The notes beneath the pieces are model-generated. The model did not search any database. It saw only the letters and a list, made by a program, of their open reading frames with translations, and was not told the DNA's origin. Below, one piece after another: positions 38,916-50,626 of a stretch of DNA of 64,000 nt. Each line of letters opens with the position of its first letter. Within the stretch, counting starts at the first letter, position 1. The translations under genes and the position numbers were made by a program. The DNA is from Utricularia gibba (Eukaryota > Plantae > Magnoliophyta), in the NCBI GenBank assembly GCA_002189035.1, contig NEEC01000004.1, forward strand, positions 2,418,001 to 2,482,000, in the 5' to 3' direction.

Positions 38916-40182
38916 ATGCACAGCCTCATTTCTTCAACTTTTGGTTTCACAAATCTGCACAAATCATTTCACCCTACGAGGTTGAAGGACAAAACTGCGA
39001 AGAAAGGAGCTGTTTGCTGTCTAAGAAAAACTTGGCCTCTAGTCTCAGTTTCGTTGTTCAATACAGGTTTCTTGCTTGGCCCCCTAATTGATGGATTGCA
39101 TTCACGAGTTAATCTTGTGGTATATCAAAATGGTGCCATTGACATTGGTCCCCTGCATACTGATATATTTGTAAGAAAAAGAACAGGCCTTTGCTATTGT
39201 ATGGTGTTATTCATTTTTGGCCTCCTAGTTTCCATTTTCTGTTATTGGTTCAGGACATGTTTTCAAGTTTCCTAAGCAATTATGAATCCTTAACCCTGTC
39301 ATGTTTGCAGGTGCCTCTTTTCCTTGGACTCTTTTATTGCAGTGTGGGATTACTACAACTTGGTATTGATAAGCTATCGCCCAATGCACCCCGGCATGTT
39401 TCCACGAGCAAAGCAGCTGCGTCGTTGGCGTGAGTTTCTTTTTCTTTTTCTTACATTCATTTGGTCTTGTAATACGAGTATTCTGAAACATGCAATGCGG
39501 CATGTTTCCGCTCCTTCTAGTCGATGATAAAACTCAATACATGGTCTGTCCGCATTATTAGTTAAGTTGGACTCAAAAAGGGTGTGTCTTATCAGAACCC
39601 ACTATTGATTTCAGAGCTCTTCTCCTGTTCATTGAGCTAAGCGCTGAAATGTACAAAGCTGGCATCCCAGACAATATAGAAGCATATATCCTGTTTGCAG
39701 CTGCAGAAGTGGCATGGCTGCTGCTTGATGGAACTAGGCAGGGATTTGTACTTGCTTGCCTCATTGGCCTCGCTTGCCCTCTTGCTGAAATTCCTCTTAT
39801 GCAGTAAGACATTTCTTTTTAGATTTTCCAATGATTGGATTTCGACTGGTACATTGTAGAATTTGTGAGAAGTTAAAGATGAAATTTGTCGTTTGATCGG
39901 GCTGATCATTCACTCTTGTCGTTCTCATTTCAGGTTCTTCCATTTGTGGTATTACCCTCAAGCAAATATACAACTATTCGGACAGGTTTATAATAAAGAG
40001 ACTAAATTGCACCCACTTATGGCTCCTTTGGTAAGCTCATTCCTTTCTGTTGCTCGCACACGTAGGGGCTGGTGACTTGGACGAGCACCTGCTATTTTGT
40101 GTATACACCGTTCTTGGTAAACATTGCCCGTTGGCTCAGAGGTGTAGTTTCTGCTTTCACTGCACAGGAAACACCTCGGTAG
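38916..40182 (+). CDS. Uncharacterised multi-pass membrane protein, plant INSIG-like family, about 243 aa
   Basis: Exons 38916-39170, 39311-39429, 39615-39803, 39934-39985 and 40066-40182 (732 nt, phases consistent). Motifs: [77 protein letters not shown]. The start codon and the family name are less certain than the exon structure. Confidence 0.85.
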
Positions 40183-41023
40183 ATTCTTTTACTTGACTCA
40201 GATTCCGAAGAAGATGGAATGAAATGAACGCTGTATTCTCTGTTCAAGACCTTCAAAGAAACTTGTGAAACTGATTAGAGAACTTCCATTTCTGTAACAG
40301 AATTTGTAGTATAAGACACTTTTTTCTTTGAACAACCATGAGGATGCTTTCTTCAGCACAGACGATGTGAAAGCTGATGTTCTTTAGGGTATCCTTGACA
40401 ACATCTACCGCTGGCTATCTGTATTCAGCTCGCTATGTTCTATATGCAAGTTGATCATAATGATGCACTGTAGTTTGTGTGCAACAGATCAGAACTCTAG
40501 GCTTAGTTGTTACTTGTTAGATTCCCAGGCTCACTAGTAGTTGTTTCTAGCTAAAAGCTCTCCTAGCCTTAAATGAAAAATGTTATTGACCAGTTATCAT
40601 CTCATATAAGTAAGGCATCGAGTCTCATATGTCTGAGGGAAAGGGCAACCTTGAGCTTTTGGTTGCTTTTCCAACGGTTTAGTAATATACTTTGCACCGA
40701 GCCACTGACTTTTTACTTTGTAATTTGCATTATAACCAAAAGCCCACAAGGCAACAAAGAAGAAACAAAGATCATCTTTTAGACGACGTTGCAGTGGGAA
40801 TCTCGCCGCTCTTCAAATCTGGAGGTCAAGCAGGCTTCTCCTCTGTTCGTGTTGTTCTTCGTCAGCACATTTTATGGTGTAAGCGTTTTGCTTATTAATT
40901 CCGTGTCCTAATTTTTACTGATATCAGAGAACAGACTCCTGAAAGTGCATTTTTGTTTCTGGTTTTGGTTTTCTGAGAGCTCCCTCAATTCGCATATTTG
41001 CATGTGTATTTCAGGGATTAAGG

Positions 41024-42442
41024 ATGATAGGATCCTTGATCACACGAGGGCTGCTGTAGGTGCCATTCTTCTTGTTAAATGGTGGTTGTTTATGTATGCT
41101 GAAGAACTTCACTTGTTGCAATGCAGGCTCATATTTGGCTATGCCTATCCCGCTTATGAATGTTATAAAACTGTTGAACAAAACAAGCCCGATATCTCCC
41201 GTCTTCGGTTTTGGTGTCAATATTGGTGCGTTTGAAAATAAAACATGCTCATCGTTCTCAGTGCTTTCTTCATCTTCAATGCTCAGGATGCTCTAGATGT
41301 AACATTTTTTTTTCCCATGGAATCATCTAGGATATTGGTTGCTGGATTGACAGTTGCAGAAAGAATTGGACACATGTTCATTGGCTGGTAAGCCTCAGTT
41401 TCATAGTATATGCATGTTGGCTTTTGATGACGCTCACACGTCACAGCACACCTCTTGTTAAATTTGTCATCATTGGAGCCTGTAACCGATGCAGAGGAGC
41501 CTAAGCTCATTCATCACTTGTACTGATAGTTGTCTTTGGCAATTGATGTGAAGGGTGCCTATGTATGGTGAAGTTAAGCTTGCCATTCTTATATACTTGT
41601 GGGCTCCCAAAACTAAGGTCTGTCTTGTTCCCTGGACATCCACTTGATCTCTCTCCATAGTCATGATGTAACTAAGGACTGTCCTTCCATTACCAGGGAG
41701 CCACCTATGTATACGAGTCCTTCTTTAGGCCTTATATTGCAAAGCATGAGACAGAGATCGATCGCAATTTGTTAAAACTGAGGACAAGAGTGGTAGACAT
41801 GGCAATCCTGTATTACCAGAAGGCTGCTAGTAGTTATGGTGAGACTAGAGTTTATGACGTTTTGCTACACACTGCTTCGCAGGCAACTCATTATCAGGTA
41901 CATGCTGCAGATTTCACGGCATTGGTGCTGAACTTTTACAGATGATTGATTGTGTTTGAAACTGTTAGTTTTGAAATAGCAGGGATTCACATACTAGACT
42001 AGAACAGAGTCCCTGAATCTTTTTCTTTGGAGACAAGTCCCTTATAGAAACCTGTTGGAAAATTAACGTAGGGATTCTGCCATGGCTTGTGTTTGAAACA
42101 TTCTGCTTTGTTTGTTTAGCCGTTTATCCGCATTGTAACTCGAGTGTGTCCAACACAATGCAGCCATGCGAAATAGGATCAGAAAACCTCATTTCAGCGA
42201 CTTCCTTGCAACCCTATGACGAAACATCATCCTGTGCTCCCAGTACATCTTCAAGGGAGCAGCAACCGAAACTTGAAGCTGTGAAAGCACTGGCCATACA
42301 TGAAAGTAGAACCCCAACATCACCTACCCCAGAAAGGAGCAAAATCCTTGGATCCACTGAAGGAAATGCTTTGGAAACTGATTCGATGTCTCCTGTTGCA
42401 GATGAAATAGCCCAATCTCCAAAAGGTATAGTTCTTGAATAA
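41024..42442 (+). CDS. HVA22: HVA22-like / TB2-DP1 (REEP) protein, HVA22g/h/i group, about 243 aa
   Basis: Exons 41024-41055, 41127-41225, 41331-41387, 41554-41617, 41697-41897 and 42164-42442. Motifs: MIGSLITRGL, FGYAYPAYECYKTVEQNKP, LRFWCQYWILVA, VPMYGEVKLA, KTKGATYVYESFFRPYIAKHETEIDRNL. Confidence 0.93.
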
Positions 42443-42682
42443 AGGTTACAGAAATAAGAGATCGGCAGTAAATCTTAATCATGCTGATATGGAGTCCATT
42501 CACATTCTGATAATGTACATGTTAAGTGCCTGTAAATTACCAAGAACATCAAGTCAATATTATGATTTCCATGCTGCGTTGGCATTGGGCTCTCATCGCA
42601 TGGTTCATCAAAATCTTTGTAAGAAGGCCAAACAAGTACTACATCCACTTCGAAAGCTAGGCGAGACTAAGATTTGCAATCT

Positions 42683-45600
42683 TTATAAAACCTCATTGCC
42701 CCACAAATCTGATATGCTCACTTCAATATCAGGCTTAAACCAGTAGTCCTCTTCAGACTGCTCAAACAAAAAAGGCCATTAAATGTTAATACGATGATGA
42801 ATCTTATAAGCCAACAGCTCAAGTGTCAAGAAACGTACACTGCTGTGTGAAACAACTATTTTCTGAAACCTGCTTCCACTTGAGCCAGATGAATAGTTAT
42901 GACACGGATCAGCACTTTCATCATCAACCCTTGTGGTACTAGTAGATGTTGATGGCTGCTCGGATGGTAGACTGTTGGATTCACCAACCGTTCTAAAAAT
43001 TTCCAAAACTGGACATTAGGGATGTGCGTTCATTGCTTGCCTCTCGATGTAAAGATGGCTTGCTTAATTAAAAAATCAGAATTGACTAAGCATAAGCATG
43101 AGTATGACATAAAATCGGTACCTTAGAAGGTATGGTGTAATGGGTCCACTATGGCTTCTTACCGTGAATGCGTAATGTCTCCAGTTATCCTCCTGTGGAG
43201 TGGCACATTTTCAGAAATAAAACTATGAAACCCAACATGTAAACATAAGTTGGAAATTTCTAGATATCCCTTTTATGGCCTCAAAGTCACTTTTTAAGCC
43301 AAATTGTTTATTGCTTAGTTCATGTTCTAACATTCAATCGAAATAACCAGTAACAAGTCACTCTTGGTGTTTCTTTCTTCAAATGCTCTCAATTCATCAC
43401 AGCGGTCATCTTTGTATGAAAATGAGAGTTGCATTCACGACATGTTTCTACCAACCAAAGGCTTCCTCAGAAACCAGATGCCAGTGTAGGAGAAACATGG
43501 CTCTTGACATCTCATTCCACAAGAAGTTGCAGAAGCACTTCAATGAAATACACGTTCTCTATATTTGCATGAAAGACCAGTGTAACGGCTTAAAAGTCTG
43601 CAATAAAGTATTGCAGGCGTAATTGCCAATGAACACTCGTCTTACTTGAAGTACCCCTAAATTACCACACTTTCAGTAGTTAAGAAATGTAGGACAAGCA
43701 AAAGCCAGAATACTCACAATGAACCAACGCAACAATGAATCATTATGAAATAACTATTAAAAAAAAACAACTAAAATAGTAAAGGGAAATGATGAGATTG
43801 TCCTCGAACATTAAGAAGGGATTTTCAAGGGACGGACCTCTTCTGGATCCAAAACCTCTATATTGCTTGCGCGAGGTGCTTCAATGAGGATGACCGTACT
43901 ATTCTACAGCAATAAAAAGGAATTCAAAACAAAATACATTCGTTACTACTACAAGTCACGTAGTTCATGGAAAGTAAGTACCTTAAGAGAAGGAATGCAC
44001 GACAAATCTTCAGGAGTCACAAAGAGATATCTGCAGATGAAGAAATTAATCTGTAAATTAAAGTCTTACGATGTGCATGTCTTAGTGTGAGTCTTGGGAA
44101 AGTGAAATGAAATAATTGCATACTTCTTGAATTTCTCCTGTGAAATGACATCCATTAGACGCTCACGCGTGTTCCTTACCATTTAAGAAAAAGAAAGGTT
44201 TTTAAGGTTTTCCAACATCAGAAATAACTACCCACGATCAAACCTTATGCAGTCATTCAGCCTTCTTTCTTCTTCTTGAAGAGCAGCAACTTCACTCTGC
44301 ATTAGAAAAAAACAAATCTGAGCTAACAATATCTTAAGCATGTAAGAGGAGAACTATATTAGGAAAATAGAGCTAGCACACTCTAGTGGTACCTATCGCT
44401 CATCTAACTCATTTTCAATATGTAATGCCTCAGAAATGATCGACATGCATAGTTTATCAAATGGAGAAAGAATGAAATCATCACCTTCAGCTTAGAAACT
44501 TCATGGATAGGTTCTCTATCTGCATTCCCACGGCCTCTATCACAAAGAAGCTCCAGTTATTATTGTAGAACAAAGTCACGACACATCTAAACATAATAAT
44601 GGCATACTTCCAGCATATCTGATTCTTTGTTGTCTTTTCAATCACACCAATGCCTTCAAGAACATTTGTAATATCATAAATTCTCCTTTTTTGTACCTGA
44701 GGATAAGGTTGGATTTTTGAGAAGGATCAAAAGGAAAAAAGACAGGATTCAAGATCACAATTGGTCTACTCCTTCCAATATGTGGCAATTGCAAATTGTA
44801 TTATGGATGAAAATTTTTTTACCCCATTTGAACCTCACAGCAGAATACACAAACCACAAGAGCCGAGGCATTCTTCCAATCATATGATTCGTACCCAACA
44901 TACATTTGCCCGTAAGAACACATTCTAGTCTTGTTAATCAAGCAAGAACATAAAAAAATCCCTATACCTGCAACAATTCTGCTGATTTGTTTAAATCAAT
45001 GGCAGCATTCTCATTGTCGTTGAAAAGATCAATAAACTTTTTTGTCAGCAAACCTGCCAACCCGAAATCAAGTTCACAGACGCTTCAAAAACATGAAAGG
45101 TGATAAAATAAAGAATTCAATGTAGAGATTTAGAGATAACTCACTTAGAGAACTGTCATATCTACAGCTACCCGTTAAGTTGAGTCCACCAGCTAGTTAC
45201 CAATAACAGTCGAGTCAGAAAAATATATACATTTTTTCCATGCTTGTTTACACAAGTATGAACGATCTTCCCATTAAGTCGACATCCATCTCAGTTGCAA
45301 TATGCAATAGATACAACACAACAAGAAGAACTCCATTCCCATGATTTCAAAATAGATGATATGCTGAAACCCATTCTTCTTACCCAAATTTGCTTCCTGA
45401 ACATCAGGTGCAACGGGCGGCTGAGAAAACTTCGCTCCACTTTTGCGTTTACGACGTACTGAAGAATGATTCACTTTTCCATTGTTTAACGGAGGGAAAG
45501 ACAACTTCTGACGTTCATCCACAGATAGCTGAGTGACATTTCCAATGCATGACTCAATCTAGACATGCTTGAATCTTGCGGAAGAAGGGATACAGATTTC

Positions 45601-45876
45601 GATCCTATATCACTCACGAAAGCATCTACTGGGCGAAGCGCTCTGGATACCATCGGTCTGTCAAAATTTCATCAGCCAACGAGTGTGTCACCATAAACCC
45701 AAAATTGATTTCACAAGACGGCGCTTTTGACCACCACAACTTGGTACCAAGAATCCGGAAAAGGTATAGCGATTTTTGGGAAGAGAGAAGAGATTTTGGC
45801 GCGGGAATGGAGGGGGTGTGTTTGGGTTCGAATAAGGCTGCGAGGTGCCGTCGCTGGGTCCGGTGTCAATTGTCAT
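42683..45876 (-). CDS. E2FC: E2F transcription factor, E2FC-like
   Basis: Phase-consistent exons: ...-45384, 45192-45145, 45053-44968, 44696-44608, 44536-44485, 44296-44244, 44174-44124, 44030-43982, 43903-43838, 43192-43122, 42992-42839, 42757-42683. Motifs: [63 protein letters not shown]. The 5'-most exons (45876-45530) are uncertain. Confidence 0.9.
45795..45807. promoter_or_regulatory. Overlapping double E2F-binding site TTTGGCGCGGGAA
   Basis: TTTGGCGC matches the TTTSSCGC consensus and overlaps an opposite-strand TTCCCGC, within the first exon region of E2FC. Confidence 0.55.
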
Positions 45877-46282
45877 TACCCCAGCTCCAGCATCTCATTC
45901 CCATCCCACTCCTCTCAACGCGGTGTCGTCAGAATATATTTTTGGCAAGAAATAAGCTTTTGAAAATACATGTATTTTGTTACAGATTTGTGAAATACAT
46001 GTAATCTTTTTAAACTTTTGAAAATGCAAATACATAAGGAAAGACTTTACAAATTACATACAATGTTGAGAGAAAATTAGTAAAATACATATTTTAAAAA
46101 AATCATTGGTAAAATACCCAATGTTATAAAAATGTTTAAAAAATATATCTTTTATACATATATTGGTTGTATCTATAAGATAGAATTGTCAGTGTAATTA
46201 AAATACATTTGTGTGTGTAGGGCTTATTTCATTTTATAGGTTTTATGATTTTAATGGATAGGATATAGTGTACACTATTAGA

Positions 46283-46510
46283 TTTAATTAAATTTGTAAA
46301 TATTTTTGTTATACAATCCTCAAAGTGGGGTGGATCGTTCATTATTGAGTTTTAATTATATTTGTAAATTTTTGAGTTATATGATCTGACAAAATGAGGT
46401 GCATCACTCTTTATTAGGTTTAATTATATTCGTAAATTTTTCAATTACATGATCTTACAAAGTGAAGTGCAGCATTCATTTTTTAATTATCTTTGTATAT
46501 TTTTAGATTA
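46283..46510. repeat. About 68-bp minisatellite, about 3.4 degenerate copies
   Basis: Units start TTTAATTA(A/T)AT at 46283, 46351, 46419 and 46482 and share the core TGATCT.ACAAA.TGA.GTGCA. Confidence 0.7.
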
Positions 46511-47959
46511 TTAAGAATGAGATTTAATATTGGGTTTTAAATTTTTTTTCATAAAATAAAATGAAAAAATGAATTATAAATATAAAAATAAATGCATATA
46601 AAATGTTGGTGGTATTTTAACATTGATAAACAAAACAATGGTATTTTGCAAACCAAAACTAAAGACAAGATATAATGCAAATGGAAAAAAATTTTAATGG
46701 CATTTCTCAAATTACAATGGAGAGAAGAGATAAAGAATATATAATGTGTTAATATATTTAAATTATTATTTTATTTAATTTTTTAATAGTATTCAATTAA
46801 AATAGAATAGTACAATCAATACACATATACATATGAGAAATATATCTAGAAAACATACATTTTACTAATATTTTATTTACTTAATTCATTCTACCAACTC
46901 ATATTTTTAAAATATATATTTTGCCAACCTAATCCAATATTGGCAATATACCCCCCCCCCTATGAAAAAACGTTTGTGAAATAATCTAATTTAGATATTA
47001 TTGATTAATGACACCACATATTTTTTAATAGTTTTAAAATATAATTTTAATAGTAAAATTAGATTGTTTAAGTTAGATTTTCAGTATTTTGATAATTTAT
47101 TATTATTTTTTAATAAATATGACAGAATTTATAAATCTACATTATATTTCTAATATTTTCACAAGTTTTTAGTATTTGGGAGTAAATCAGTTATGTAAAA
47201 TTGATGGCATATAATACAAGATGAGAGTATAATCGAAAAAATGAAATAACATTATAAGAATGCTATTAGCTATAAATAATAGTAATTAAAAACAAAGGAA
47301 AGATAATTGAATTTCTCTAGAATCAAAATTCATCAGCAACCAAAAAGGTGAAATAAAATAAATAGGACATATACAAAGACCAAGAAGGGAGTAAAAGAGG
47401 GGAGAAAATATATATTTTTTGTACTTTTCTCAAAAACCAAATTTTTACACTTCTTCAAAAAAGCAAAAAGAATACATTTTTTGAGGAATTAAGAAAACGT
47501 AATTCTAACAATATCTTAAGACTAAATACCTCCCCTAGAGGGAGCAGATGATGAACGAATTAAAGAAATAAAAGAATTTTGATCTAATGAAATAACTCAA
47601 CTCAATTCCAAGGACTTGCTATTTATGCTTAGGAGTGGGCTATGATCACCCACCTTGCACACTAGCATTCTTGAAATTCTTGCATTCTAGACATGTGTTA
47701 AGTGTCTGCATGGCTGTTTGGAAACCCCTCAATTGCTTAACTCCTATTAGTCTTAGTTAAAATTTGAGGACATGTTTAGTGTCATTATAGCATAATGTGA
47801 TAACATATATTTTTGAATATTTAAGAATAGAAAAATGATTAATATTTTGCTATAAAACTCAGATTTTATTATGTATTTTTATGCTTTTGTGATTAGTACC
47901 ACCTTGCATCTTTTATTTCTAATTGATTTAGTCTCAATTTTAATTCTAATCATTCTTCT

Positions 47960-48170
47960 GAGCAATGCAGCATAGGGGTTTAATTGGGTCGAGATTTCAT
48001 CATGCGCCCCAGAGTAGGGTTCGGTAAAGGTTCGGCCCGAGTTCGATTTACATGAGCTCGAGCTCGAGCTCAATCCACCGACAGGGCTAGATACGCTTAA
48101 TCGGGCCAAGCTAGATCAAGAATAGGCTCGGCTTGATAGCTCAAGGCTTGGCCCAAGTACACTTTTGCTC
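47960..48170. mobile_element. MITE-like fragment rich in GAGCTC/GGCTCG motifs
   Basis: Includes the perfect 20-bp palindrome TGAGCTCGAGCTCGAGCTCA (48053-48072). A similar motif cluster lies at 49690-49800, on the other side of solo LTR B. No TIR or TSD resolved. Confidence 0.45.
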
Positions 48171-48236
48171 TTGGCTCCTTTCAAAGGCAATCGCTCGTAT
48201 CAGGACTTGTTTTTAGGGTTTTTAAATAATCACAAT

Positions 48237-49592
48237 TGATGCATGTCATTTCCACAAAAAAAAATTTAATATTTTTAAAACTCGTAAAACACAAAAGTGT
48301 AGTACGGATGTCGAAAGTAGGGAGTTGTTTTTCAATGAAAAGTGATGTTACACCAAATACAACTATCACGATTTGTAAACGATTTTGTAAAGTAAAGGTT
48401 CGAGAAACGTAAATGATGAAGCTTGAATAAGAGGATAAGAGGGTTGTAAACAAATAACAGAAATAAACATAAGCGATGTACCTTAAATAAAGCGAATGTT
48501 CTTGAGTTTGGAATCCTACCCAGCTATGTTCGTTGCGTCTTCACTCTTCTCTGGTCTTCTCGAGTATTCGGTTATAGGAGTAAGTAATTGCCTATCCTCC
48601 CCTATATTCTCTTGCAAGAAGGTATGGAAATAGCCCGATGTGTCTCATCCTTGGAAGAACGTGAGAATAAGAGTTCCTGCCAGCGTACCCTTACGGCCAA
48701 ATTGTGCGCGTGTGCCCGAATGTTGCCAATTACCTAATGAGTTCAGATACTAGGTCACTATTTGTTCATTGATCCTGAGGTACGCCCACAGACAAAACGT
48801 TGTCTCCCTCCTACAAAAAGGCATGAGTTGGTGCTTTCCATCTTGCTTCTCTTCAAAACTCGCCGATAGTGATCAGCTAACCATGAATCTTGAATAAGGG
48901 GACTGTTACAGAAAGACTGTAACATAGTCGCATGAAGACATACAGAACTCGTTCGGAATCAAAGAAAAGATGAAGATAAACTAACGAAAGATAGATTTGG
49001 GAGTATCCCAACCCAGAAACGGAAGTTTCTAGCCACAAATGGCCATACAAACTAAAGAAAACGAAAGCAAGGTTCTAGAGAGAAGTTAGAGGAAAACCCT
49101 CTAGAGAGAGAAACAGAAGTCTAAACTAAACTAAAAGTTCAACTAAAACTTGTTCAAACTGAATTAAGCTGAACTATTTTGTCTGAATTTTCGTGTTCCT
49201 CTGGTTCTGCTGGACTAGAGTGACTTGCAAGCAAACGTCTACTCTAACTCTGGTATGTTAATGATTTCGTTTGCCAGCAACTCTCGTATTCCGTACGTCG
49301 AGGCTCATGATTAGGCGTCTGCAATCTTCTGGAAATCAAGGAGATGTCAGTTCGAGAAGATCCATTTTGTTGCCATCTGCTACCCTCGTTCTCTCACTTC
49401 ATGTCACGTGTGCGCCTCTAGAAAAACTTAAATAAAACTACTAAAATTATTAGATAAAATATAAGATTTAGGATAATTACCCTAAACTAGATAAAAATCT
49501 AAATCTCATATTATAGACCTCTAATTAGACAATTTTAATTGCATTTAGACATAACAACAGTCTAAAAAATAATGAGAAAATAACACTTAAAA
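48237..49592 (-). mobile_element. Solo LTR, family 'TGTTAAGTGTCATTTT', subtype I (copy B, 1356 bp)
   Basis: Homologous to 22374-23726. Flanks ACAAT (48232-48236) and ATAAT (49593-49597) are a 4/5 TSD. Confidence 0.85.
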
Positions 49593-49915
49593 ATAATAAA
49601 AAATTAGCTTTATTGGGAGCATGCACCATTAGTTAATGCATTATATTCCCATTGTTCACTCCAATAGAGATGGAGGCATTACATCAATTCAGAGCATGAA
49701 GGAGCTCGAGCCTATTCAAACTTGAGCCTCCTCGAACTCAAGCTGAGCTTTAAGCCTCCTTGAGCTCGAGCTTGAGCATAGGTTGGTAAGCTTGGGCTTG
49801 ATGTAAAGGTGGGAGAGTTGAGCCAAGAAGAAAATAGAAATAAAAGCTGAATGAAAGACACTAAATCTCAAGGTGAAAGAAAAAGAAGATTTTTGAAATG
49901 ATAAGAAAGAAGAAA

Positions 49916-50621
49916 TGTTGCATGTCGTTTCCTCAACAAATTTTAAATATTTATAAAACGTAAAATACAAAAAACGTAGTACGAGTATCGATCTCAGGGA
50001 GTTTTTCGTGAAAAGTGTTTATAAGAAACTTTCACAAAATATCACGGTTTTGCAAAAGGGGTTTTTAGCCACAAATGGCCATCAAACGAAATTAGAAACT
50101 AAGTTCTCCTCCTCCTTGAAGGGAGGAAGACCTCAAAAGTTCTAAGTCTAGAAAGGAAAATGGCAAAAGTTCGAAACTAAGTGCTTGAAGTGGCTTTTAT
50201 ATCACTCTCCCACGTGCATTAACTCCTTTGAGTCTCCTTCCCATCATTCCTTCAATCTTGCGTGCACCAGTAGCCTTCCTTTGCGTGCAAGTTAGCACCC
50301 AATCATTTCTGCAGGTTCTGACATGCCGTAAGTCAGGGGCCTTGACCAACGTCAGTCTTCTGTCTATGATTGTTCCAAGTCGTGTACAAAGCACAAAAAT
50401 CAGACTCCGACCACCTGCAATACTCCTGCAACACTCCACGACAGTCTTCTGACATTGTCAGTCAAAGTGTGAGAAAAAAGACATAAAATATATACAAAAT
50501 AGGAAAATATGATTTTTCTAAGGGATACAATATTTATCAATATTAATCCTAAATTGGGCAACTTAGCACTAGATTAATACATAATAATACTTAATAAATA
50601 ATTAGAAAATGACACTTAACA
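49916..50621 (-). mobile_element. Internally deleted solo LTR, subtype II (copy C, 706 bp)
   Basis: TG...CA termini and a perfect TSD AGAAA (49911-49915 and 50622-50626). Aligns to both ends of 9761-11051 but lacks about 590 bp of the middle. Confidence 0.92.
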
Positions 50622-50626
50622 AGAAA

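Noticed and set aside
42993-43062. Apparent frameshift or stop in E2FC if the acceptor at 43063 or 43009 is used
   Set aside because: The acceptor TTTTTAG at 42993-42994, with a CTAAT branch-like site upstream, keeps the frame, so the gene can be intact.
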